A stretch of 64,000 bases of DNA from an uncultured Solirubrobacterales bacterium (lineage in GTDB: Bacteria; Actinomycetota; Thermoleophilia; Solirubrobacterales; 70-9), in the NCBI GenBank assembly GCA_963819715.1, contig CAWFXE010000001.1, positions 196,332 to 260,331 on the forward strand, given 5' to 3'. Position 1 is the stretch's first letter. Every line of letters begins with the position of its first letter. Below the pieces are notes generated by a model, which saw only the letters and a program-made list of their open reading frames with translations, made no database searches and had not been told where the DNA came from. The translations under genes and the position numbers were made by a program. Positions 39,756 to 48,498 of this stretch are shown one piece after another.

Positions 39756-40187
39756 TCAGCAGACCTCCTCGGCGAGCGGGCGCTCGGCGTTCTCCTGCGC
39801 CCAGCGCTCGAGCTCCTGGACCGGGACCAGGCGCATCCGGCCGCGGCGGATCAGCTGCACCTCGTGCTGGACGTGTCGCTCGAAGCTGTCGAGTGACATG
39901 CCGAGGGCGGCTGCAGCCTCCTCGCGATTGAGCGCGATGCGTGGCACCGTCCGCTGGCTCACGCTGCGACCTCCTCGAATCGCTGCGAGCCAGTGGTCCT
40001 CCCACTCGGCGATCGCGGCGAGCGCACGGTCCGCGTCGCCGGCACGGCACGCCTCGTCGACCTCAGCCTCGAGCGGATCGAACTCAGCCGGGTCCGGGCA
40101 CTGATCGGGAGGCAGGGCAAAGAACGCAGCGTTCACACGGCGCACGGCACCGGCAAGAGCGGTGTTCACTCCGGGCAGGGTTGTCAT
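39756..40187 (-). CDS. WEDH-motif protein fused to (or followed by) an excisionase-family HTH
   Basis: ORF of 143 aa. The N-terminal half is paralogous to ORF 204..725. The C-terminal half reads IALNREEAAAALGMSLDSFERHVQHEVQLIRRGRMRLVPVQELERW, an HTH_17/xis-like sequence. Confidence 0.6.
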   Translation of the reverse strand: MTTLPGVNTALAGAVRRVNAAFFALPPDQCPDPAEFDPLEAEVDEACRAGDADRALAAIAEWEDHWLAAIRGGRSVSQRTVPRIALNREEAAAALGMSLDSFERHVQHEVQLIRRGRMRLVPVQELERWAQENAERPLAEEVC

Positions 40188-40918
40188 GCCGCCACTCCCA
40201 GCCGATCGGCCCAGCGTGCCGTTTGAAGTTCGACCTCGATCCGGTCCTCGAGATGATCGGTGAGTCGCTCGATCTCTCGGTCCGCGTGCGCCTTGATGCG
40301 CCCTCGCGATGTGGATCCCGACGACTCCTTCAGGTCGGCGATCTGCTGACGGATCTCGTCGAGGCCTGGCTCCTCTTCGTCATTGCCGGTGTTACCTGGA
40401 ATCGAAATCGCCGTTTCTATTCCGATTCCACTTCCGACTTCTACTTCCGATTCGGGCGACACAGCTCTGTCGCCCTTCTCGGCCCCAGGTGTCGCCCTTG
40501 CGGGCCCCTGAGTGTCGCCCTTCGCGTCACCACCGTCGCCCTTGGTCCGATCCGCCCCCTGCTTAAGGGCGACACTGCTGTCGCCCTTAAGGGCGACCGG
40601 GCTGTCGCCCTTGGGATCCCATCCGGTCCTCTTCCTCGTCGGCTGCGGCTCCGCTTTGAGCGGCAGCGCGTCGAGGTCGATCTGGTAGGTCCGAGGAGTC
40701 TTGTGCCCGCCTGGATGTACGACGCGCAGCGCGCCCAGCTCCTCGAGCCCGCGAACCCGGCGCTGCACCGTCCGGTAGCTGACCCCGAGCTTCCATGCCA
40801 GGTGGTCGATCCCAGGCCAGCAGAGATCGTCCTCGCGCTCCTCATTGACGTGATCGGCCATCGCAACGAGGACGCCCTGGAGCGCCGGCGGGAGCTCGCG
40901 TTCGAAGACTGCGCCCAT
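40184..40918 (-). CDS. HTH-domain replication-initiator-like protein
   Basis: MGAVFERELPPALQGVLVAMADHV...CWPGIDHLAWKLGVSYRTVQRRVRGLEELGAL is a winged HTH of the kind seen in phage/plasmid replication organisers. The central KGD-repeat region is encoded by the iterons. Confidence 0.55.
   Translation of the reverse strand: MGAVFERELPPALQGVLVAMADHVNEEREDDLCWPGIDHLAWKLGVSYRTVQRRVRGLEELGALRVVHPGGHKTPRTYQIDLDALPLKAEPQPTRKRTGWDPKGDSPVALKGDSSVALKQGADRTKGDGGDAKGDTQGPARATPGAEKGDRAVSPESEVEVGSGIGIETAISIPGNTGNDEEEPGLDEIRQQIADLKESSGSTSRGRIKAHADREIERLTDHLEDRIEVELQTARWADRLGVAA
40454..40612. repeat. iteron array GTCGCCCTT/AAGGGCGAC (8 full + 1 partial copies), candidate origin of replication
   Basis: Direct copies at 40469, 40491, 40514, 40535, 40580 and 40604. 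Inverted copies at 40565 and 40589. A partial copy at 40454. Spacing is 21-24 bp and includes the palindrome GTCGCCCTTAAGGGCGAC. Confidence 0.6.
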
Positions 40919-40984
40919 TAGTCGGCCGCTCACTCGATCCACCACCCGGGCGGGCCGGGTGGCGGGAACTGTCGGGCAGCAGAA

Positions 40985-41206
40985 CTAGGCTGCACAGGTC
41001 GGCCCGTCCTGGCCGTCTTTGACGGGGGCGCCCTGGTCCGGGCGCCCTTCGTCGTTCTGGAGGGACTCTCGAAGGCGGCGCTTCACTTCGGAGGAAACGG
41101 TCCGATCAGCCGCGGCTGCACGACGCCGCAGCGCCTCGGCCATCTCGGCGGGTATGACTGCGGCTACTCGCTCAGAGTGCGCAGGGTGAGAAGAGCTTGC
41201 CGGCAT
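40985..41206 (-). CDS. ribbon-helix-helix (CopG/Arc-like) protein
   Basis: ORF of 73 aa. IPAEMAEALRRRAAAADRTVSSEVKRRLRESL is typical of RHH proteins. Confidence 0.55.
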   Translation of the reverse strand: MPASSSHPAHSERVAAVIPAEMAEALRRRAAAADRTVSSEVKRRLRESLQNDEGRPDQGAPVKDGQDGPTCAA

Positions 41207-41444
41207 GGAGCCTCCACGAGAGATCGCGTCTATTCGTGCAGCGCCCTTCGGCGCTCAGAGGCCGCCATTCGGCAGCAGCTGGCAAGCGGGTGTGACGTTC
41301 GGCCGTTCGGCCTGTCGATCCGTCCCGGGTTGCCAGCGGTTTACTCATGGCCACGATTCTGAATTTTGGTTCGGACACCAAACCGTCAACAGCCGTGAGC
41401 GGTGGGGCCCCAAAGCGCGGCCTCCTCCAACTCCGGGGGCGACG

Positions 41445-41957
41445 TTAGAGCCCGAGCTGGGCCTTGATAGCAGCGGTGACGACGCTTTCGAGAATGGGTT
41501 GTCCGCGCTCCCATAGCCCGGGCGCTAATGCCTTGACGCGACCCCACCGCTTGCCCGCCTCCTCGTCCGATAGGTCGGGGTTGGCGAGTGCCTCGAGCTG
41601 CTCCTTCACCGTGAGTTCGTCGGCAGGATCAAGCTTCTCGTCAGCCAGCATGTTCTCGAGCTCGTAGATACGCCCCTGGCGATCAAGCCAGGGAAATGGT
41701 GACCCGCAGGAATCACAGAACCTGGGCTTGTCGTATCCACCGCCGAGCACTGCGACCCCTGGGACGTCGTAGTAGCCACGCAGCCGCGCCCCGCAGCTCG
41801 GACATTTCGTGAGAACTTCAGCGCCGCACTCGGGACACCGCGCCGGAACCTCCGAGTTCTCCAGGTTGGTCGTTTCGACATGGCCACGCCGGCAGATGGC
41901 CGCAGGCTTGTAGTGGGCCGACTCGTACTCCCGCCTACCGAAACCCCATTCCATCAC
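41445..41957 (-). CDS. zinc-ribbon protein (hypothetical)
   Basis: ORF of 170 aa with CPECG...CPSCG...CDSCG. Confidence 0.55.
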   Translation of the reverse strand: MMEWGFGRREYESAHYKPAAICRRGHVETTNLENSEVPARCPECGAEVLTKCPSCGARLRGYYDVPGVAVLGGGYDKPRFCDSCGSPFPWLDRQGRIYELENMLADEKLDPADELTVKEQLEALANPDLSDEEAGKRWGRVKALAPGLWERGQPILESVVTAAIKAQLGL

Positions 41958-42024
41958 TGCAGAGTACGTGAGCTACGGGGCCCGCTTGCCCGCACGGCGG
42001 GAGGGGTCGGGACTCTGAGATTCC

Positions 42025-42189
42025 TTATTCGTCGGCCTCCGGCCAAAGCGCCGCCTCGATGTTCGCGAGGTGCTCCTCGATGTCGATCAGCTTCGACTCC
42101 ATCGAACCCAGCGCGCCAACCTCACTCAGCACCGAACGGACAGCGTCTTCAATCTCGTCGAGTCGTTTTGCGATCTCCTCATTCGTCAT
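42025..42189 (-). CDS. small coiled-coil protein (hypothetical)
   Basis: Internal start MTNEEIAKRLDEIEDAVRSVLSEV... within ORF 42025..42240. Confidence 0.4.
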   Translation of the reverse strand: MTNEEIAKRLDEIEDAVRSVLSEVGALGSMESKLIDIEEHLANIEAALWPEADE

Positions 42190-42214
42190 CGGCCCGAGGC
42201 TATCGCGGCCTCCC

Positions 42215-42311
42215 GTGCGCCAGTCGTGCGCCAGTCCCACCCCATTTCAGGCGGTCTTGAGCGGTCCCAAGCGGTCCAATTCGTGCCTGAGTCTCAGATT
42301 CCGTGCCTGAG
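42215..42311. repeat. attR-proximal cluster of short direct repeats
   Basis: GTGCGCCAGT occurs twice (42215, 42226). GCGGTC occurs three times at an exact 10-bp period (42251, 42261, 42271). CGTGCCTGAG occurs twice (42282, 42302). Confidence 0.5.
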
Positions 42312-42318
42312 CGCCCGT

Positions 42319-42372
42319 TCTCTCCTCCCTGTAGTACCCCTGAAACGGCCCTCTTTCCCGGAGGGCCGTTTC
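42319..42372. repeat. attR: 54-bp direct repeat
   Basis: Identical to 32199-32252. Confidence 0.75.
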
Positions 42373-42395
42373 GCTTTTCGGGGGGAATCTGTTCG

Positions 42396-42764
42396 CTACG
42401 TGTGATTGGGCGGGTCGTCGGCGCCGCCGCCCCCGCCCCCACCGTTGCCGCCGCCTGACTTCCCTGAGATCTGGACCTTGGAGGCGATCCAGGTCCCCTT
42501 GGCGTTCTTGGTGGCTCTGACCTCCACATTCTTGAGGCCCGGCTTGATCGCGCCGAATCCTGCGATTCGCTGATATTTCGTATCAGCGGTGACCTTGATG
42601 GTGAAGGTACCGCCCCCCTGGCCCTGCTTCAGGCGGAACGTCTTGGCGGGCTTGTTCTTCGAGACCACGGTGCCCTCGAACTTGGCCGCCTGGGCCACCG
42701 CGGGCAACGCGCTGAGAAGTGCGATGGCCGATGCGGCGATCGCGATCTTGAGACGTGTGGACAT
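42396..42764 (-). CDS. secreted protein with Gly-rich C-terminus
   Basis: Internal start MSTRLKIAIAASAIALLSALPAVAQA (signal peptide). The C-terminus is GGGNGGGGGGG. Confidence 0.6.
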   Translation of the reverse strand: MSTRLKIAIAASAIALLSALPAVAQAAKFEGTVVSKNKPAKTFRLKQGQGGGTFTIKVTADTKYQRIAGFGAIKPGLKNVEVRATKNAKGTWIASKVQISGKSGGGNGGGGGGGADDPPNHT

Positions 42765-42969
42765 CTTGATTGCTCCTTCGGTAGTTGCGATGGATCCGAA
42801 GGTGACAGCCGATGGATACGTCAAGCCCAAGTTCAGGTTAGAAACGGGCAAAGCCTGGCCCCTTACCAAGGCTTAACCCAGTTCTTGCCATCCCGTGTCT
42901 CGTGCCTGGGGTTCCTCTGACGTTCGCCGCCAATAGTGGCCGCGACAGACAACGTTCAAGGAGGGATGT

Positions 42970-43443
42970 ATGAGCACCATGTCCAAGACACTGTTGGCCG
43001 TACTCGTGGGAGTCCTCGTCGGAGGAGCGACCTACGTGATGGCGGCACCCGGCGGGAAGAGCTCGCCAAGGCCGGCGAAGCCGGTGGCGGCGCGGACGAC
43101 GACGCAAGCTGCCGAAGTCAGAGGCCCATGCGACGAAGCGGAGCATGCGAACGATCCGCGATGTGCCCCTCGGCAGCCTGAGGATCGCCTCAATCACGAC
43201 CAGAATCGGGCCGACGACGATCAGGTCGCCCATGACGATGGCCCGTCTCACGATGTCGGCGACGACAATCCCGGCGAGGACGACGGCAACCGCGGGCCGG
43301 GGTCACAGAACTCGGGACCGGGAAGCACCCACAGCGACGATGGCCCCAGTCACGACGTGGGAGATGACCACGGTGGCAGCGGATCCGATGATTCGGGATT
43401 CGACGACCACGGTGGCTCCGGCCACTCGGGCTCGGATGACTAG
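42970..43443 (+). CDS. secreted acidic repeat protein
   Basis: ORF of 157 aa with an N-terminal signal/anchor. DDGPSHDVGDD occurs twice and the tail is rich in D, G and S. Confidence 0.55.
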   Translation: MSTMSKTLLAVLVGVLVGGATYVMAAPGGKSSPRPAKPVAARTTTQAAEVRGPCDEAEHANDPRCAPRQPEDRLNHDQNRADDDQVAHDDGPSHDVGDDNPGEDDGNRGPGSQNSGPGSTHSDDGPSHDVGDDHGGSGSDDSGFDDHGGSGHSGSDD

Positions 43444-43538
43444 CCAGCGAGGACATTGACGCTGGATCGGGGCCGCCGGGTGGATCATCTCCCGGCGGCC
43501 CGGTCCACCGGGTCAGCCACCCCTAGCATCAGAGTGCT

Positions 43539-44249
43539 GTGAACGCGTCGTCCCAGCGCCCCACCGTCCTGCTCGTCGAGGACGAGCGCGCGATCACCGA
43601 GCCCCTCGCCGAGGCCCTCGAGCGAGAGGGATTCAACCCGGCCATCGCCGGGACCGCCGCGGAGGCCATCGAGACGGCGGCGAGTCGCACACCGGCTCTG
43701 GTCTTGTTGGACATCGGCCTCCCCGATGGGTCGGGCCTCGACGTCTGCCGCGAATTGCGCCGCAAGAGCCGGGTCCCGATAATCATGCTGACTGCGCGAG
43801 GCGCGGAGGCTGACCGCGTCGCCGGCCTCGAGCTGGGCGCCGACGACTACATCGTCAAGCCTTTCTCGGCACGGGAGCTGGTGGCGCGAGTCCGAGCCGT
43901 CTTGAGAAGGGCCGATCCGGAGCCGGGTCAGGACGGCGTGCCGATCAAGATCGGCGACCTCAGCCTCGATACCGCCCGGCACGAGGCCCGGCTCAAAGAC
44001 GCGCCACTGGATCTCTCACGCAAGGAGTTCGAGCTTCTGCGGGTGCTGATGGAGAGCGCCGGGTCGGTGATCACCCGACAAGCCCTGATCGACGAAGTCT
44101 GGGACATGAACTGGTTCGGCTCCACGAAGACGCTGGACGTGCACATCAGCGGACTGCGCAAGAAGCTCAGCGACGACCCGGCGGAGCCGCGCTATATCCA
44201 CACCGTGCGCGGGGTGGGATTCCGGTTCTCCGGTGCCGACGAGGCCTAG
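43539..44249 (+). CDS. OmpR-family response regulator
   Basis: ORF of 236 aa with a receiver domain (LLDIGLPDGSG) and a winged-helix domain (YIHTVRGVGFRF). Confidence 0.9.
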   Translation: MNASSQRPTVLLVEDERAITEPLAEALEREGFNPAIAGTAAEAIETAASRTPALVLLDIGLPDGSGLDVCRELRRKSRVPIIMLTARGAEADRVAGLELGADDYIVKPFSARELVARVRAVLRRADPEPGQDGVPIKIGDLSLDTARHEARLKDAPLDLSRKEFELLRVLMESAGSVITRQALIDEVWDMNWFGSTKTLDVHISGLRKKLSDDPAEPRYIHTVRGVGFRFSGADEA

Positions 44250-44258
44250 AGGGGACAG

Positions 44259-45644
44259 ATGAGCCTGCGTGCCCGCCTGCTGGCGGCATTCGCCTACACG
44301 CTGATCGTGGTGATCGTCGCCCTGGAGGTGCCGCTGTCGGCCAACGTCAGCGATCGCGTCAATGCGGAAGTGGAGGCGGACTCGGCCGCCCAGGCGCAGG
44401 TCGTCGCCGCTTCGGTGGCGGACCAGCTCCACCAACCCGCTCGCGTTCAGCAGGTTGCCGCCGAGGCGGGGAAGAACCTCGATGGACTGGTCTTCGTGAT
44501 CGACGGGCGCGGCAGGCAGATCGCGAGCTCGCAGAACGGCATCACGTCCCCACCCCGGCCAACGGACGACCCGATCGCACTCGAGGCGCTCGGGGGAAAC
44601 ATCGCGCAAGGCCGGCACCACGAGGGTCGGGACGTGCTCTCGACTGCCGTCCCGATTGTCCGGAACGGCCGCACCATCGGTGCGCTGGAGGTCGAGCAGA
44701 GCCTGGACGCGGTGCACAGCCAAGTTCGCCAGGACGTCTTCGCATTGATCGGAATCGGGCTCCTTGCCCTCGCGCTGGGCCTCGGAGTCGCCTGGATCCT
44801 CGCCGGCTCGATCGCGCGTCCGCTGCGCTCGCTCGGTGAGGCCGCACGCCGGCGGGCGGCGGGAGACACTGAGGCGCGTGCCCCCGCACGCGGCTCCCGC
44901 GAACAGGTGGAGGTTGCAGAGGAGTTCAACGAGATGGCCGACCGACTCGATGCGGTGCTCGAGTCACAGCGGGCATTCGTCGCGGACGCGTCGCACCAGC
45001 TCCGGACACCGCTCACGGGTCTGCGGCTTCGCCTCGAGGCCGCCGGCGTGAAGACCGAGGATCCCGCCGTCCGCCGGGAGCTCGAGGCGGCCGAGCGGGA
45101 GAGCGCGAGACTGGAGAGCCTCGTCTCCGACCTGCTCGACCTGGCGTCCAGCGAGGAGTCGGCCGACGAGGAGACAGCCGACCTTGGAGCGGCCGCACGC
45201 GACGCGATCGAACGCTGGCGCGGTCCCGCCGATGAGAGCGGCCACGAGATTCGGCTCGATGAGCACGGTGGGGGCGTCGTTCTGGCGAGCGCCACCGAGC
45301 TTGCCGCCATCCTCGACAACCTGATCGAGAACGCCATCAAGTATTCGCCCCGTGGCTCGGCCGTGACCGTGGAAAGCGGACGCGTCGACGGCGCCGGCAG
45401 GATCGGCGTCCTCAGCGAGTCGGGACCGATCGACCCTGAGCTCAGCCGGAAGGCCTTTGAGCGTTTCTACCGCGGCGGCACCGGCAGGGACGGAACCGGG
45501 CTCGGGCTGCCGATCGTCGCCGCGTTGGCCCGCCGCAGGGGTGGCACGGCCCGGATCGAGAACGCCGACGGAGGCCTCGTCAGGGCCCAGGTCACGCTGC
45601 CCGGCCCGGCTTTGCCAACTTCTAACCCGGGGCCTCTACGGTGA
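44259..45644 (+). CDS. sensor histidine kinase
   Basis: ORF of 461 aa with a HAMP region, an H-box (FVADASHQLRTPLT) and an ATPase domain (GTGLGLPIV). Confidence 0.9.
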   Translation: MSLRARLLAAFAYTLIVVIVALEVPLSANVSDRVNAEVEADSAAQAQVVAASVADQLHQPARVQQVAAEAGKNLDGLVFVIDGRGRQIASSQNGITSPPRPTDDPIALEALGGNIAQGRHHEGRDVLSTAVPIVRNGRTIGALEVEQSLDAVHSQVRQDVFALIGIGLLALALGLGVAWILAGSIARPLRSLGEAARRRAAGDTEARAPARGSREQVEVAEEFNEMADRLDAVLESQRAFVADASHQLRTPLTGLRLRLEAAGVKTEDPAVRRELEAAERESARLESLVSDLLDLASSEESADEETADLGAAARDAIERWRGPADESGHEIRLDEHGGGVVLASATELAAILDNLIENAIKYSPRGSAVTVESGRVDGAGRIGVLSESGPIDPELSRKAFERFYRGGTGRDGTGLGLPIVAALARRRGGTARIENADGGLVRAQVTLPGPALPTSNPGPLR

Positions 45645-45648
45645 TCCG

Positions 45649-46122
45649 GTGACCACCAGAGAACGACTTCTGACCGTGCTTCTCGGAATCACCGGGATCA
45701 TCGCGGCGGGCGCGATCGCGCTTGCCGCGAATGTGGTCTCCGGAAGGGACATCGGCCTGTCCGCCCAGCCGGTCTCACTTGCTGCGTCGGCGCCCAAGCC
45801 CGCGCCCGTGCCGGCGGCCGTGACCCGGCATCGCCCCGAATCCGCGGACGACGGCGCCGGTGTTGCCGACATCTCGGAGCGCGGCTCCGGGTCATCCGGG
45901 CCTGGGAGCTCGGGATCCGGGGATCGAGGGCCATCCTCCTCCTCCTCCGGGCCGGGGGGCGGCGGGAGCTCGAAGGTGAGTGGCGACAGCCACGGTGGCA
46001 CCAACACCAGCACCAGCGGGAGCAGCGGCGGGAGTGGAGACAGCGGCGGGGGCGGAAGCTCAGGCAGCAGCGGGACCAGCGGTGGCGGTGGCGGGTCGGA
46101 TGACCCCACCGGACACGACTGA
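45649..46122 (+). CDS. membrane-anchored Gly/Ser-rich protein
   Basis: The GTG at 45649 follows the kinase stop. One TM segment is followed by a long G/S low-complexity tail. Confidence 0.45.
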   Translation: MTTRERLLTVLLGITGIIAAGAIALAANVVSGRDIGLSAQPVSLAASAPKPAPVPAAVTRHRPESADDGAGVADISERGSGSSGPGSSGSGDRGPSSSSSGPGGGGSSKVSGDSHGGTNTSTSGSSGGSGDSGGGGSSGSSGTSGGGGGSDDPTGHD

Positions 46123-46147
46123 TCCGGCTCTCAGCGAAGAGGCCCAG

Positions 46148-47614
46148 CTACGGGCCGTGGCCGCGCGGCGAGTGGCCCGCCAGCAGCAGCCTGCGGAGGT
46201 GCGGAGAGTGCACCCTCCCCTGAATCAGGAAGGCGGCGATCAGGAAGCCACCGACGGCGATCGCGGCATCAACCGCGAACGCTGTCTGGATGCCGTCGAT
46301 GAAGCCACTGCCGCTCTGAGCGCGGTCGCTGGCGCCGATGAAGATCGTCGTCGTCAGCCCCAGGCCGACGGAGCCTCCGGCGATCTGGAACATGTAGATG
46401 ATCGCCCCGGCGAGGCTGCGCCGTGACTCCTCCACGGCGGTGACGCCGACCGTCGTGGCGGTCGGGTAGAAAAGGCCGATCCCGAGCCCCAGGACCGCCA
46501 TGCCCGGGACGATCGCCGCCAGCGTCTCCCTGTCGGCGAGCAGCGCAATCAGAGCGGGGCCGATCGCGATACAGGCCGATCCGAGAATCAGCATCGGCTT
46601 CGCGCCGTAGCGGTTGTAGAGGTTCCCGGCCACGAACGAGACCGCGGCGAAGGTCGCCATCATCGGCAGCATCCCCGCCCCCGCCCCGATGGGCGAGTAG
46701 CCCAGGACGTTGATCATGTATTGCGGCAGGTAGAGCATCGCCGCGAAGAAGACCGCGGACATCATCAGGATCGCCCCGCAGGTGTAGGCGAAGTCCCGGT
46801 TGCGCATCACCTCCGGCGGGACGAGCGCGTGGTCGCCGGCGCGGCGCTCCACCAGCACGAAGCTCCCGATCAGGACGACGAAGAGAGCCAGTAGGGCGAT
46901 GATCCGCGGGTCGCCCCAGCCCCAGTCGATCACCTGGTCGAAGGCGAGCAGCAGCGAGACCAGGCCGACGGACACGGTGACGATGCCGGCGTAGTCCATC
47001 CGGGTGTCCTCCACCTCGGGCCTGTCGGCCTTGATCTCGCGGAGGGTGACGAAGACCGCGAACGCGGCGACTGGGAGGTTGAGGAAGAAGATCCAGCGCC
47101 AGCTGAGCAGATCGGTGAGCGCGCCACCGATCAGCGGACCCGCAGCGTTCCCGATCCCGGCCGCGCCGAGGATGAAGCCGCCCGCGAGGCCCGCCCGATC
47201 GTCGGGGAGCGCTGCGTAGGTCATGCCCAGGATCGCCGGCCACATCAGGGCGCCGCCGACGCCCATCAGGACCCGCGTGGCGATCAACCAGGCCTCGCTC
47301 TGCGCGGCGCCGCCCAGCACGGAGAAGAACGCGAAGATCGCGGCGCCGATGATGAACGAGCGCCGGCGGCCGAACAGGTCGGCGATACGCCCGCCGGTGA
47401 CGATCAGCACCCCGAAGGTGAGCGCGTAGGCGTTGACCACCCACTGAGCGGTCGTCACGTCCGTGTGGAAATCGTGCTCGATCTGCGGGATCGCGACGTT
47501 GATCGCGGAGAAATCGTTCGCGATCACGAAGACCGCGATTCCCATCGCGATCAGCGCCAGCCAGGTACCGCGATCGATCGGCTGCGGCTGCGTGGTTCCC
47601 TCCACCGGTGCCAA
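46148..47614 (-). CDS. MFS transporter, DHA2 type
   Basis: ORF of 488 aa with GRIADLFGRRRSF and 14 hydrophobic segments. Confidence 0.85.
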   Translation of the reverse strand: MAPVEGTTQPQPIDRGTWLALIAMGIAVFVIANDFSAINVAIPQIEHDFHTDVTTAQWVVNAYALTFGVLIVTGGRIADLFGRRRSFIIGAAIFAFFSVLGGAAQSEAWLIATRVLMGVGGALMWPAILGMTYAALPDDRAGLAGGFILGAAGIGNAAGPLIGGALTDLLSWRWIFFLNLPVAAFAVFVTLREIKADRPEVEDTRMDYAGIVTVSVGLVSLLLAFDQVIDWGWGDPRIIALLALFVVLIGSFVLVERRAGDHALVPPEVMRNRDFAYTCGAILMMSAVFFAAMLYLPQYMINVLGYSPIGAGAGMLPMMATFAAVSFVAGNLYNRYGAKPMLILGSACIAIGPALIALLADRETLAAIVPGMAVLGLGIGLFYPTATTVGVTAVEESRRSLAGAIIYMFQIAGGSVGLGLTTTIFIGASDRAQSGSGFIDGIQTAFAVDAAIAVGGFLIAAFLIQGRVHSPHLRRLLLAGHSPRGHGP

Positions 47615-47747
47615 CCCTAACCGCGCGCGGAGCGGAAGTCCCTACCCGCTCGTCGGTACTCGACGGATGGAGGGGTCATTTGACAGCACCCCCGGGGAAT
47701 GATCCAATCGCATCGGATCCGCGAAGATCCGGGGGGAGCGGCCGGTT

Positions 47748-48476
47748 ATGGGGCGAAGAGAGGACAGACACCCGCTGTCGGCGCCGCTGCCCTTCGCGGC
47801 AATGGTCGCGTGCGTGATCGCGAGTTTCCTGGCGCTCGATCACTTCGCCAACGCCGATGAGCAGCTCCTTCTGGGCGCGGCGACCTGGCTGATCCTGATC
47901 GCGTCCTGCGCATCCCTGGGCCGCGAGGACCGCACCCGCGCGCTGCTCGTGGTCGTGGTGGCGAGCGGCGCCGAGGTGCTCGGATCGATCGTGCTCGGCG
48001 CCTACACCTATCGGCTGGAGAACCTGCCCGCCTTCGTCCCGCCCGGGCACGGGCTCGTCTTCCTGGCCGGCCTTCGCATCAGTCAGTCTGAGCCGGTCCG
48101 CCGACATCCCCGAGCCTTCCTCTGGGGCGTGATCGGGCTGGTGGGCGCCTGGGGGGCCGCCGGATTGGTGCTGCTCGGCCGGACCGACGCCCTCGGGGCG
48201 ATCACGGGTGCACTCCTGATCTACGCCCTGCTTCGCGGCCGCACCGCGACTCTCTATGCAGGCGTCTTCCTGATGGTCGGGTTCCTGGAGATCTACGGCA
48301 CCTCGATAGGCGCGTGGCACTGGGCAGCGACCGCTCCAGACACCCCGCTCCCCACCGGCAACCCGCCGAGCGGAATCGCCGGGGTCTACGTCCTCTTCGA
48401 CGTCGCCGCGATCGCGCTGGCGCCGAGGGCGCTGGCGGCGTTCGACGCCCTCCGCCGCCTCCCCAGGATCGCCTAG
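47748..48476 (+). CDS. integral membrane protein (hypothetical)
   Basis: ORF of 242 aa, polytopic. Confidence 0.5.
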   Translation: MGRREDRHPLSAPLPFAAMVACVIASFLALDHFANADEQLLLGAATWLILIASCASLGREDRTRALLVVVVASGAEVLGSIVLGAYTYRLENLPAFVPPGHGLVFLAGLRISQSEPVRRHPRAFLWGVIGLVGAWGAAGLVLLGRTDALGAITGALLIYALLRGRTATLYAGVFLMVGFLEIYGTSIGAWHWAATAPDTPLPTGNPPSGIAGVYVLFDVAAIALAPRALAAFDALRRLPRIA

Positions 48477-48498
48477 TCGGTGACCCCGGGCGCCGGGA

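Larger units (their letters stand above)
32199..42372. mobile_element. 10.2-kb integrative element (phage-satellite/PICI-like or defective prophage)
   Basis: Perfect 54-bp direct repeats sit at both ends. Inside are a tyrosine integrase, hicAB, an xis-like HTH, an RHH protein, an HTH replication gene with iterons and a P27-type small terminase. I recognised no capsid, portal, tail or lysis genes. Confidence 0.7.

Noticed and set aside
41362-41390. Hairpin/palindrome TTTGGT-tcggac-ACCAAA upstream of the RHH gene as an operator
   Set aside because: It is a single short 6-bp-arm palindrome and cannot be distinguished from chance without binding data.
43190-46100. Tandem DNA repeats in the Asp/Gly- and Gly/Ser-rich genes as possible non-coding repeat arrays
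   Set aside because: They are in frame within ORFs that have signal or anchor sequences. They are low-complexity coding repeats.
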